A stretch of 64,000 nucleotides of DNA, taken from a virus (lineage: Duplodnaviria > Caudoviricetes). Where the stretch lies: the IMG/VR virus record IMGVR_UViG_2871871566_000003, positions 11,671-75,670 of that record. One strand, given 5' to 3'. Each line of letters begins with the position of its first letter. Position 1 is the first letter of the stretch. Below the pieces are notes generated by a model that was not told the origin of the DNA, made no database searches, and was given only the letters and a program-made list of their open reading frames with translations. The translations under genes were made by a program, and so were the position numbers. Below are positions 20,446-29,873 of this stretch, one piece after another.

Positions 20446-23400
20446 ACAAGATGAAAAGCTTGGAACGAAGGTGCCGCTGATTAAGACAGCCGACTTCAAC
20501 GACAAGTCTGTCACAACAGAGAAACTTGCCGAAGGTTCTGTTACTAATTCAAAGTTAGCACCAGAATCCGTTACACAGGATAAGTTCGACAAGGAACTGC
20601 TTCAAATCTTCAAGGCGGCAGCAGGTCTTCCTGAAAATCTCATCGAGACGATACAGAATGTAGATAGCACGCTTGTAGATCATCAGCGGCAAATCTCTTC
20701 TAATGATGAAGATATTTCCGACCTGCAAACCAAGACCAAGCAAATCAAGGACACCGTAGATGGCATAGCTGTCAGTGGTGGCGCATCTGTAGGTTCGGCA
20801 GTAACCTACGACAATACTCAGAGCGGCCTTGATGCTCTAAACATTCAGAATGCCATTGATGAACTTGTTAATAATCTCGGTCACTACGAAACCAACGAGG
20901 AGTGGTTGCGTGCCTACACAGATGCAGAAAACAAGTTCCTTTGGGGTATCCGTATAGATGGCAGCATCGACTGGGCAGTCGGCATTCCTCGTCCTATCCA
21001 GAAGAAAATAGAGGAACTGATCGCTACCGATACCGCCATCCAGGAATCTATCACCCAGCTTCGCACAGAGTTGACAGAATCTCTAAATAAAAAAATTCAG
21101 TCACTCAAAGACAACGAAATCAAGAATCTTCAAGATACAAAGGTAGATAAAGAAGAAGGCAAGTCTCTCATTGAAGATGAAGTAAAGGAGTGCTTTAGAA
21201 TAATTGAGAACGAAGAGTTCCTCAAAGCTATTGTAGATTCAGATGATAAGGTTCTGTTTGGTTTCTACAGAGCAACTGGCAAGCCATACTATCCTCAAAA
21301 TGATATGTATCACATATCTCAAAGCGAGGAGTTCCTTTGGGTTATTCTTGATGCTGCAAATCATCCTCTTCTTGGTATTCAGCAAGATGGTACTTGTTGG
21401 GCAGCCAAGGCTCAGTGGCTTGATGATATTAAGGCTATCAAGGAAGCTCTTAAAACTTTCCAGCCAAAGGAAGATGGTAAGGGGTTGATAAACCTTGATG
21501 TAGCTGACAGCTTCTTCTATATTTCTAATGATGAGTATATCATTGCAGTAGTAGATGCTGAAAACAGAATCCTTGCAGGAATCAAATATGATGGAAATCC
21601 ATATTTCCCTAACCATGAAATGTACTCTGTAATAACCAACGAGGAATGGCTTTATGCTATCATAGATGCAGGTAATAAGGTTCTTGGTGGTTTCCGTGCT
21701 GATGATGGTCACATGGTTGTTGGTGGTATTGATATTAGTACCTTTATAGCCAATGCCATTATTGATATAGCAGACATTAAAGAGCGTACAGCCCATCTTT
21801 CTACAATAGTCAATGATGAATATCTTTCTGTTGAGACTGATGCCGAGGGTAAGGTGATTGGATATATTGCTCCTGATGGTAGCCATTATCTCTATAAGGT
21901 AAAGTCTGAGACTATTCCTACAGAGTTTGAGCATATTGAAGACCATGATGGTAGAACGGAAATCACAACTGATGCAGAAGATAAGATTCTCGGATATAGA
22001 GATTCTGAAGGTACACGTCATGAGCACAAGATTTCAACTAAGCACCTTGAATTATCTAACGAAGCAGCAAAAGAGGTTAATGAGGCATTCAAGTCTGCCG
22101 GCATCAAGATGGATAATCCGTCGGATTTCAGCAAGGATAGCCATATAGAATTGCCTATCCCTCGTATTGCAGCACAAGTAAGAATCTATGCTCCAAAGTT
22201 GCCTACAACCAAGACTGATGATATTGAAGCAGAGATAGAGTACAATGACAAGGATGGAAACTATTTCCGTAAGCCTGTTATTTTGAATACACAAGGACAG
22301 TCCTCGATGTACTTTTATGTCAAAAACATGGCTATAGACATTAATGATGGTAGTGATATTAAGTTTGGAGACTTCCCTGAACAGGACAGCTTCCACCTTA
22401 AAAAGTACTATGTTGATAACTTCCGTGGTCAGTGTATTGTAGGATATTGGCTGATGGAGCAGGTATACAAGTCTCACCCAATAGGTCAACAGTACCCTTA
22501 TGAAAGCATTTTGGCAAACAATAGCACTACAAATGGAATTGGTAAATCTAACAAGGACTTCTTTACTGGCGCAAAGTGTCATCCTGATGGTTTCCCGATT
22601 ATTATTACTTGGATAAATCAAAGTAACGGAGAGGAAACTTTGATGGGTGTATATGCTTGGAACTTAAAGAAATCCAAGGAAGTGTATTATGCTGACAAGA
22701 AGAAGACAGAGAATATCATCTTGGACGGAATTATTGGTAATACGGAAATTTGGGGTGGAAAGATAAATTGGACGCAGTTTGAAATACGAAACCCTAAATC
22801 CTTAAAGGATATAAATGAGAATAAATATGATGGGGACAATCCTAAAGAATTGTCAGATACAGACACTTTTAGTAAATCAGTAAAGGCTTATATTACTCAC
22901 TTGTCTGAAGCTCTGACTAACTTAAAGTCCAATCAAACAAAGGAAGAATTTGAGAAATACTTCCTTGTCAACCCATTCATCGACTACTTCCTAGTCAGTC
23001 AAGTGCTATATAACTGGGATGGATTCAACAAAAACTGGATATGGTGTACTTGGGATGGTTTACACTGGACTCCAACGCTATACGACGTAGACCTTATATT
23101 TGGTTTACATGCAAATGGTATAAGTGTAAAGGAAAATAGTGACACATCAGAGATACTTGGCATCTCTATGGATTTGCCATCAGGATATTTAAACACCCTG
23201 TATTCTACAGAGATTGCACAAAGATACAAGGAACTCCGAGATGCAAACATATTCAATGTTATCAATATAACTGATTTGCTGTCTAACTGGTTGAAACGTA
23301 TAGGATATAAAAATATCAAGGAGGAATTTAATCTATATGACCAAACTCCTTCTTATAGGGCATCAAACACATCGGATAAATGGAAATACCTATATTGGTC

Positions 23401-23638
23401 TTGGTCTCCAAATTACCCAACGTCTTTTAGTGACACAAAAACATATAGTAAAGGAGAATTGGTTTATTACTATGGAGGTGTTTATGAAGCCTTGGAGGAA
23501 ACTACAGGAGTTCCGCCAACAACGAAGTTATATACTAAATATCCAGAAGTTGGAGGCTGCTATAATTCTCTACAACGTGTAGCAAATTGGATAGAAAATA
23601 GAATTGATTTCTTAGATAAGACATATAATTACAAATAA
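20432..23638 (+). CDS. Tail-fibre-like protein with repeat region and C-terminal CotH-family kinase domain
   Basis: N-terminal VTTEKLAEGSVT repeats; seven NEEWL..D.E.K.L.G...DG repeats; DGFPI, YNWDGFNKN and LYDVDLIFG CotH motifs. Confidence 0.8.
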   Translation: MPTFRQDEKLGTKVPLIKTADFNDKSVTTEKLAEGSVTNSKLAPESVTQDKFDKELLQIFKAAAGLPENLIETIQNVDSTLVDHQRQISSNDEDISDLQTKTKQIKDTVDGIAVSGGASVGSAVTYDNTQSGLDALNIQNAIDELVNNLGHYETNEEWLRAYTDAENKFLWGIRIDGSIDWAVGIPRPIQKKIEELIATDTAIQESITQLRTELTESLNKKIQSLKDNEIKNLQDTKVDKEEGKSLIEDEVKECFRIIENEEFLKAIVDSDDKVLFGFYRATGKPYYPQNDMYHISQSEEFLWVILDAANHPLLGIQQDGTCWAAKAQWLDDIKAIKEALKTFQPKEDGKGLINLDVADSFFYISNDEYIIAVVDAENRILAGIKYDGNPYFPNHEMYSVITNEEWLYAIIDAGNKVLGGFRADDGHMVVGGIDISTFIANAIIDIADIKERTAHLSTIVNDEYLSVETDAEGKVIGYIAPDGSHYLYKVKSETIPTEFEHIEDHDGRTEITTDAEDKILGYRDSEGTRHEHKISTKHLELSNEAAKEVNEAFKSAGIKMDNPSDFSKDSHIELPIPRIAAQVRIYAPKLPTTKTDDIEAEIEYNDKDGNYFRKPVILNTQGQSSMYFYVKNMAIDINDGSDIKFGDFPEQDSFHLKKYYVDNFRGQCIVGYWLMEQVYKSHPIGQQYPYESILANNSTTNGIGKSNKDFFTGAKCHPDGFPIIITWINQSNGEETLMGVYAWNLKKSKEVYYADKKKTENIILDGIIGNTEIWGGKINWTQFEIRNPKSLKDINENKYDGDNPKELSDTDTFSKSVKAYITHLSEALTNLKSNQTKEEFEKYFLVNPFIDYFLVSQVLYNWDGFNKNWIWCTWDGLHWTPTLYDVDLIFGLHANGISVKENSDTSEILGISMDLPSGYLNTLYSTEIAQRYKELRDANIFNVINITDLLSNWLKRIGYKNIKEEFNLYDQTPSYRASNTSDKWKYLYWSWSPNYPTSFSDTKTYSKGELVYYYGGVYEALEETTGVPPTTKLYTKYPEVGGCYNSLQRVANWIENRIDFLDKTYNYK

Positions 23639-23656
23639 TAATTAAAATATATAATT

Positions 23657-24568
23657 ATGGGAAAATGTTTAATAACAAAATTGAATGGGGTAGTTGATAA
23701 CGAACTCCTTCCAAAGCTTTACGAAATTAGAATTGAAATCACCAGTGTTAGCAATCCATCTAATCTGACACAAGGTCTTTCTTTTAATTTTGCTTCTCCA
23801 GTAGATTTAAAGATAATTGGTGATGGTTACTTTACTGATGAGACTTTAACCGAAAATTTGGGCAAGGTTAAAAGTAACGTATCGAATAATATAGACATAT
23901 TCGTTTCAAATGGTGATTATTTGTTGTCTATAAGCAACAAGACTCAAATTACAACACTTCAAGCATCTAATAAAAATATTCATGGGTCCATAGAAAGTAA
24001 TAAAAAATTTGATATTAATAATCTTAAATATTCAAAACAGCTTTTCCATGTCAGTGGAGAAAATGTTATTGGTGATATAAGTGCATTTAAAGGTAAGTCC
24101 AACTTAAATTACATTTCCTTAAACAACACAAGGGTTACTGGTGATATAAGCGCCTTATCTAATCTTACGAAATTGAAGTCTGCATTTTTCAATAATACAG
24201 GTATCACAGGAGATATAAGTGCCTTAGCTAATCTTACGGCATTAAAGATAATTACTGCAGGAAATACTGGTCTGTATGGAAATTTAGGTTCTTTGCCAGA
24301 TAACATGTTAAGTTTCACCCCTAATCCAATTTGTACAGGAAAATTCTACTGGACTAATAGTACCAGAAAGTACATTTTGGCTTGTAGTGTCAAGACAGAT
24401 GATGCAGATGGGATTCTTGTGGCAATGTCAAAATTGGAAGCTAAGTTTGGAGGAGAAGAATCATGGTGGAAAACAATTACCTTATATGGTAATAGAACTG
24501 CTGCATCAGATGCAGCAGTTCAGACATTGCAGAGCAAGGGTTACACAGTCTCAATTACTCCTGCATAA
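23657..24568 (+). CDS. Leucine-rich repeat protein
   Basis: Repeats of (V/I)(T/I)GDISAL/F..L..L. Confidence 0.8.
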   Translation: MGKCLITKLNGVVDNELLPKLYEIRIEITSVSNPSNLTQGLSFNFASPVDLKIIGDGYFTDETLTENLGKVKSNVSNNIDIFVSNGDYLLSISNKTQITTLQASNKNIHGSIESNKKFDINNLKYSKQLFHVSGENVIGDISAFKGKSNLNYISLNNTRVTGDISALSNLTKLKSAFFNNTGITGDISALANLTALKIITAGNTGLYGNLGSLPDNMLSFTPNPICTGKFYWTNSTRKYILACSVKTDDADGILVAMSKLEAKFGGEESWWKTITLYGNRTAASDAAVQTLQSKGYTVSITPA

Positions 24569-24609
24569 GGTATCATAAGTTTAATATTAATAAAGAAAGG
24601 AAACAAGAT

Positions 24610-24807
24610 ATGAATAAGTTAACAAAGAAGTACAAGGTAGTACATGAGGGAACCAAGATGGTGTTCCCTCTGACAGAGAAAGGTGACAATGCTGAGGTGT
24701 TCCCAGCAGTTAATGTCACCGCAGTAGAGTTTGACACATACCCAGAAGCCAAGGCTTACGTAGATGAGCATAACTTGGTGTATGAGGAACCTAAGTATGG
24801 GGAGTAA
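24610..24807 (+). CDS. Hypothetical small protein
   Basis: 65-aa ORF with good start context. Confidence 0.65.
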   Translation: MNKLTKKYKVVHEGTKMVFPLTEKGDNAEVFPAVNVTAVEFDTYPEAKAYVDEHNLVYEEPKYGE

Positions 24808-24821
24808 ACCATATAGATAAA

Positions 24822-24856
24822 GAAGAAGGGCGAGTCGAAAGATTCACCCTTTTCTT
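24822..24856. terminator. Bidirectional terminator
   Basis: AAGAAGGGCGAGTC-GAAA-GATTCACCCTTTTCTT. Confidence 0.65.
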
Positions 24857-25100
24857 ATGCTATATCATCAGGAGTCATTTCATCAATTCTGTCTCTCAAC
24901 ATTTTAATAATATCAAGTTGTTTGTCAAAAGCATCTTGCAATATCTTAACAGATGCTTATAATGCCACACCATTAATACTACGGCTTATATCTTCATACC
25001 CAGTATCGCCTCTATCAGGACCATCTTCATTCATACCACCGCAGCTTCCAATAGCGACCAACACAATTTCTATGAGAACAACCCATTCTTCTGTTTTCAT
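24855..25100 (-). pseudogene. Small membrane/lipoprotein-like gene with an in-frame TAA at codon 48
   Basis: MKTEEWVVLIEIVLVAIGSCGG...GVAL*ASVKILQDAFDKQLDIIK...DIA*. Confidence 0.5.
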
Positions 25101-25109
25101 AACTGTCTA

Positions 25110-25388
25110 TTAATAATCATCATAATCAGCTTCCGATTCTGCATCTGAAGCAGCATCGTAAGCATCACTAAAACTTCCATCGTCTAGTGCGGCTTGAACG
25201 TCTTCCGCATAAGATCTTGCATTGTCTAACTTTTCTTGCAATTCATCTATATACTCAGACTGCTCGCTGATTTCTTTCTTTAGAATCATAATTGTATCGT
25301 TTTTAGATTCTATCTCCTCTTGTATATCTTTCTTTGATGGTCCACAAGATAGGAGAAACATACAAAATATTAATGGCAAGTATCTCAT
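25110..25388 (-). CDS. Lipoprotein (moron)
   Basis: Lipobox FLLSC, coiled coil, acidic tail. Confidence 0.75.
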   Translation of the reverse strand: MRYLPLIFCMFLLSCGPSKKDIQEEIESKNDTIMILKKEISEQSEYIDELQEKLDNARSYAEDVQAALDDGSFSDAYDAASDAESEADYDDY

Positions 25389-25603
25389 ATTTGTTTCTTT
25401 TTATAACATAATTTGCAAGCTTTTCGATTGTCCTTCTTAGCTTGCGCTAAACTAATTTCTTTAATTTCTCCAGTGCAGTGTCGAAGACCTCTACAGGTTT
25501 TTGTCTTATGATAAGCATAGGAATTTGGTCCTGTACAGATATAAACGCCATTGTTTTCTATGGAAGAAAAGAAAAGTATCGCAAAAAGTAAAAACGTTTT
25601 CAT
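25385..25603 (-). CDS. Small exported protein with H-x4-C...CxxC metal-binding motif
   Basis: Signal peptide; AYHKTKTC...ACKLC. Confidence 0.7.
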   Translation of the reverse strand: MKTFLLFAILFFSSIENNGVYICTGPNSYAYHKTKTCRGLRHCTGEIKEISLAQAKKDNRKACKLCYKKKQI

Positions 25604-25695
25604 TATTAAAAATCACTAGCCTCATTTATATAATAATGTGGACCATAATAGAGAGTAACATATATATAAGTTGATCCACCCTTGCTTTTAGATTT

Positions 25696-26145
25696 TTACA
25701 CAATTAAAGTACATGAAGGGTTTTCTTCTGGGGCAGTTCCTGGCTCTGCAAAATTATAGCACTGGTAACCTTGTTCGTTTATCCATGTATAACCTGTTGT
25801 GTATTTCTTACTTAATGTAAGTCGCAAGTTTTCCCTAAAGTTTTTTGCTTGTTGTGGAGCATTAACGGAAAAGTTCTTTTGAAATTCTGCATAATAAAAG
25901 TACGAATTGCTTCCACTATACTGAAAATCAAACTCTCCCATATTGAATATATAATCACCAACAGATATATCGAAGACCCTTAGCGTTCCTTTATCTTCCA
26001 TCACGCTCAACGTCCCATATCTATTTTCCAGGGAAGCCTTGACGGAACTATAACTGTTCCCGAAATTTATACCTAGCACTGAATCTTGTGCAAGTATAGC
26101 AATAGGTAAACATACTAAATAAAGCAAAAACAATAATTTCTTCAT
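25696..26145 (-). CDS. Secreted hypothetical protein (moron)
   Basis: Signal peptide ILA-QD; own promoter at 26177-26211. Confidence 0.7.
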   Translation of the reverse strand: MKKLLFLLYLVCLPIAILAQDSVLGINFGNSYSSVKASLENRYGTLSVMEDKGTLRVFDISVGDYIFNMGEFDFQYSGSNSYFYYAEFQKNFSVNAPQQAKNFRENLRLTLSKKYTTGYTWINEQGYQCYNFAEPGTAPEENPSCTLIV

Positions 26146-26401
26146 ATTGATAATATACTAAAACGTTATTTTCCTGCAAAAGTAGCAAAAATATCAATAG
26201 GTTGTACCGGTCAAAGCTTACTTTCTTCCTAGTTTAGAATTTTGCTAAATAATTGAGCATCATCTTACTCATCATAAATCCTTGAAAAACAGTTATCTAA
26301 ACCTCAAAAACTTTATTTTGAGCATAGTTAGGCAGAGCCTCATCTTCTTCGTAACTTTGCACCAAGTTCAATAGTGAACGAAACGAATAAACTATTTCAT
26401 T

Positions 26402-27352
26402 ATGTCAGAATCTAAGACATACATCTTTGGTGAAAACCAAAACGGATGTTCAAACGGTATGCTTGGACTTCTTGCTCCTCTGCTCCAGAAGCAGGGTGTA
26501 GATCCAAATGTGCTTCTCGCCATGAAGGGCAACAATGGCTTCGGCGGTGAAGGTGGTTGGTTCATGTGGGTTATATTCCTCTTCTTCCTGATGGGTTGGG
26601 GCGGCAATGGCTGGGGCGGCTTCGGCAATAACGGTCGTGGTGGTCTTGCTAACGAGATTAACAACGACAATGGTCGTGCCCTCTTGATGGATGCCATCGG
26701 TGGCAATCGTAATGCGCTCAGCAATTTGGCTACTCAGCTCAATTGTACCGAAGGTCAGATTCAGAATGCCATTTCTGCCTTGACTTCTCAGGTTCAGAGC
26801 GTGGGTAATCAGGTAGGTATGAGCGGCATGCAGACCATCAATGCTTTGCAGCAGGGTAACATGCAGATTGCTCAGCAGATTGCAAACTGCTGCTGCGAGA
26901 ACCGCTTGGCTATCTGCCAGCAGACTGGTACATTACAGAATGCCATCAACAACGTGGCTGTAGGTCAGGAGCGCGGCTTCTCTAACGTAGCTTACGAAAC
27001 CCAGCGCCAGACTTGCGATTTGCATAACGCCATCAAGGAAAGCACTCAGACCATCGTTGACGGTCAGAAGCAGGCTGAGATGCGCGAAATGCAGAACAAG
27101 ATTGATTCTCTGCGTGAGGAGAACAGTACCTTCAAGGCTTCCGCAATGACTTCACAAATCGTGGGTCAGGCTGTAGCACCAATCAATCAAGTTCTGGCAG
27201 GTCTGCAGAACGAGGTTGCAGGTATCAAGTGCAAGCTGCCAGAGACAGTAACCACCCCTTATAGCCCATTTACTGCGGTTCCTAACTGCGTGGCTTATCA
27301 GGCAGGTTTGTATGGTTTGAATGCTGCTAACGGTGCAGGATTCTGGGGTTAA
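26402..27352 (+). CDS. Gly/Asn/Gln-rich membrane-anchored protein with a CCC motif
   Basis: TM WFMWVIFLFFLMGW; coiled coil; IANCCCENRL; biased codon usage. Confidence 0.85.
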   Translation: MSESKTYIFGENQNGCSNGMLGLLAPLLQKQGVDPNVLLAMKGNNGFGGEGGWFMWVIFLFFLMGWGGNGWGGFGNNGRGGLANEINNDNGRALLMDAIGGNRNALSNLATQLNCTEGQIQNAISALTSQVQSVGNQVGMSGMQTINALQQGNMQIAQQIANCCCENRLAICQQTGTLQNAINNVAVGQERGFSNVAYETQRQTCDLHNAIKESTQTIVDGQKQAEMREMQNKIDSLREENSTFKASAMTSQIVGQAVAPINQVLAGLQNEVAGIKCKLPETVTTPYSPFTAVPNCVAYQAGLYGLNAANGAGFWG

Positions 27353-27367
27353 AGAAAGGAGGCTGCT

Positions 27368-27712
27368 ATGTTATGGTTAAGACCTTTTACTTGGGTGAAT
27401 CGTAACGGTTCGGCGGCTATCGCTTCAACAGGCGTGAAGGTGAATACTGCCGATGTGGTGTTCACCTTTAAAAACCACGCCTTCGTGAATGCCAACTACA
27501 GAGGAACGATCTTCGTAAATCTGAAACAGGCTATTCCGACTGGAACGACTGGTACGCTGCCTATCCTTTTCGAGACCAACGGCGTAACCCAAGCCGTAAC
27601 CAAATTCGATGGTGAGGCATTGACGGTTGCAGACGTGCCGGGAACTGGAGTGGTTCAGCTCTGGTTTGAGAGAGACACTAACACCCTTCAGCTAATGACG
27701 GGTATTGTTTAA
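27368..27712 (+). CDS. Hypothetical beta-sandwich protein
   Basis: 114 aa, alternating beta pattern. Confidence 0.75.
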   Translation: MLWLRPFTWVNRNGSAAIASTGVKVNTADVVFTFKNHAFVNANYRGTIFVNLKQAIPTGTTGTLPILFETNGVTQAVTKFDGEALTVADVPGTGVVQLWFERDTNTLQLMTGIV

Positions 27713-27742
27713 CAAACAGAATAGATAATAGGAGATTACATT

Positions 27743-28243
27743 ATGTTTCAAGGTTTAAGAACAAATTCTTTATTCTATGTCCTAGATAAGGGCGAAAACC
27801 CGAACTTGCAGATTGGTCAGGTTGTTTCGGTCAGCAACCCTCAGACGAAATATCCTACCTTCAATAATGGATTCACGCCTCAGCCTATGGAAACAGTGGT
27901 TGATGTGAAGGTGAAACTGAACGACGAGGAGGTGGATTTCAAACAGCTACCTGCTAACGGACAGATAGCAAACGACAAGAACCTTGTGGTGAGCGACAAC
28001 AAGGAAGCCATGAGTGCAGAGGTTGACACGATGCTGAGACAATCCAAGGCGATACTGGAGAGCGTAGATTACCACAAGAAAGTCGTTGATTCTTGTGAGG
28101 GAATGCTACTGCAGCTCAACCCCCAGATAGCCAAGGAGAGGGAACAGACAGAGAAGATCAGCAAGCTTGAAGGCAAGGTTTCTGGCATGGAGGGCAAGCT
28201 CGACAAGATGATGGGATTGCTCCAACAGGCGATAAACAAGTAA
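27743..28243 (+). CDS. Hypothetical protein, beta N-terminus and coiled-coil C-terminus
   Basis: 166-aa ORF in the operon. Confidence 0.8.
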   Translation: MFQGLRTNSLFYVLDKGENPNLQIGQVVSVSNPQTKYPTFNNGFTPQPMETVVDVKVKLNDEEVDFKQLPANGQIANDKNLVVSDNKEAMSAEVDTMLRQSKAILESVDYHKKVVDSCEGMLLQLNPQIAKEREQTEKISKLEGKVSGMEGKLDKMMGLLQQAINK

Positions 28244-28277
28244 TCTCCTATCTATTCACTTTTAAAATCTTAGAATT

Positions 28278-28553
28278 ATGATAATGGTTGAGATTACAGA
28301 AGACAAGTTTGATGGCTTGTATGAGAACGTGGAGAAGGGCTTGCGCTACTTGGATAAGGCGATGAACTGCCTGGGCGAAATGAAGCGTGAAGGCAGACGT
28401 GACCGATACGGCGAGCGCAACCGCATGCCCGATTACAGAGGTCGTGGAGGCAGAAGTGGTATGCGAGAGCATGAAGAGTACGACGACATGCGCCAACGTG
28501 AAGACAGAGACCGTGGAGAACGTGATTATCGAAGCTACGGCGACGAGTATTAA
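28278..28553 (+). CDS. Small R/G/D/E-rich protein
   Basis: 91 aa with a low-complexity charged C-terminus; terminator at about 28561-28602. Confidence 0.75.
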   Translation: MIMVEITEDKFDGLYENVEKGLRYLDKAMNCLGEMKREGRRDRYGERNRMPDYRGRGGRSGMREHEEYDDMRQREDRDRGERDYRSYGDEY

Positions 28554-28617
28554 CTAACTTGGGGTTTGGTAGTGAAACAGTTTTCGTTACCAAACCCTTT
28601 TTAATATCAGAAAGATT

Positions 28618-29031
28618 ATGGAAAGAAAATACAGACAATCTTTGAACGCCTACGATTATCAGCCGGAAGAAATGAGGGCTTACCTTCGCTACAATGGTTG
28701 GCACTTCAATAAGAAAATGTGTGAGTGGGCAGTAAAGCAGATGCGGAAGAACGGTAAGCCTATCCGCATGATGAGCAAGGATGATATAGAGGACATCTTA
28801 AAGAAGAATAACATCGTGCTGGAGAATAATGTGGGCTATGATGCTGTTTACATCGCACACATGTGTCTGGCTGATTTCTACGGCTCGTCTATCACAGAAG
28901 AAAAGCAGATGGCCCAGTTCATCAAAGACTACGTAGATGATGAGGATCAGCAGGACGGTTTCATCTTCAACCGCTTCTATGCAGATACATCATTTAATGG
29001 TGTGGGCATTCCTTGGGAAGAAATTCTTTAG
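28618..29031 (+). CDS. Hypothetical protein
   Basis: 137 aa; start context GAAAGATTATG. Confidence 0.8.
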   Translation: MERKYRQSLNAYDYQPEEMRAYLRYNGWHFNKKMCEWAVKQMRKNGKPIRMMSKDDIEDILKKNNIVLENNVGYDAVYIAHMCLADFYGSSITEEKQMAQFIKDYVDDEDQQDGFIFNRFYADTSFNGVGIPWEEIL

Positions 29032-29063
29032 TGATTAATTATTAGTGATTATTGATTAGTTGA

Positions 29064-29450
29064 ATGACTGAACAGGAGATATATTTGGAAAGGTATGACT
29101 GGGCAGTACATGTAATGTACGATGTTCATTCTAAGGATGCCATGAAGGTAAGAAGGCATCTTCGGGATTTGGGATGCGCCGGCATTCCTCTCGAAGATGC
29201 CTGTAATCTCGTGCTCGAAGGTCAGCCCAACAAAGGCATCACCTATTCCAACATAGACACTCGAAAAACGATAGTAGTAATAGGTTGGACCACCTCAAAA
29301 GGGGAGTACACGAATAGCCTCACCCACGAAATGCTCCATGTAGTTCAGCACATATCCGAGCAGTTCCTTATAAATATGTACACCGAAGAACCCTGCTACC
29401 TCCTAGGCTCCCTCTGCCAAGCCGCCACAAGCAAGAAAAGCCCCCTCTAG
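29064..29450 (+). CDS. Small zincin-like metallopeptidase (HExxH)
   Basis: LTHEMLH...EEPCY. Confidence 0.6.
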   Translation: MTEQEIYLERYDWAVHVMYDVHSKDAMKVRRHLRDLGCAGIPLEDACNLVLEGQPNKGITYSNIDTRKTIVVIGWTTSKGEYTNSLTHEMLHVVQHISEQFLINMYTEEPCYLLGSLCQAATSKKSPL

Positions 29451-29614
29451 CCCCCGTTCCTCAGCATTTTATGCTGAGTCCCTCCCTGCTTATTTATTTA
29501 GCAAAAGTCTAAACTATGCAGAAATTGCCCTCAAACCGATACAACCTATCAATATTATCTGTACCTTTGCACGAAAATAAGCTAAATTAAGGAAGAATTT
29601 TAATTCTATCAATT

Positions 29615-29830
29615 ATGAGCAAATATAAATTGAACATTTATCAAATTCAAGAGAAAGAGACTCTTGATGTAAACTTAATCAGTCTTAAAGACAAGATTGA
29701 GGCTATTATGAAAATTGACGAAACAGTGTCTAATGCTCCAGCAGCATGTTTTAAAGAAAATGAAGAAACCCCATTTGCTATAGCTTACAAGAAAGCTAAT
29801 GGCGAAGTGGTTTTCTATTACCCAGAGTAA
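29615..29830 (+). CDS. Small hypothetical moron protein
   Basis: Own promoter at 29535-29569; terminator at about 29836-29870. Confidence 0.65.
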   Translation: MSKYKLNIYQIQEKETLDVNLISLKDKIEAIMKIDETVSNAPAACFKENEETPFAIAYKKANGEVVFYYPE

Positions 29831-29873
29831 GTTTTAAAAAGGGAGTGAGCCTTGCGCCCACTCCTTTTTTATA

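Noticed and set aside
20432-24568. Diversity-generating retroelement acting on the tail fibre
   Set aside because: No reverse transcriptase and no template/variable repeat pair differing at adenines was seen in the window.
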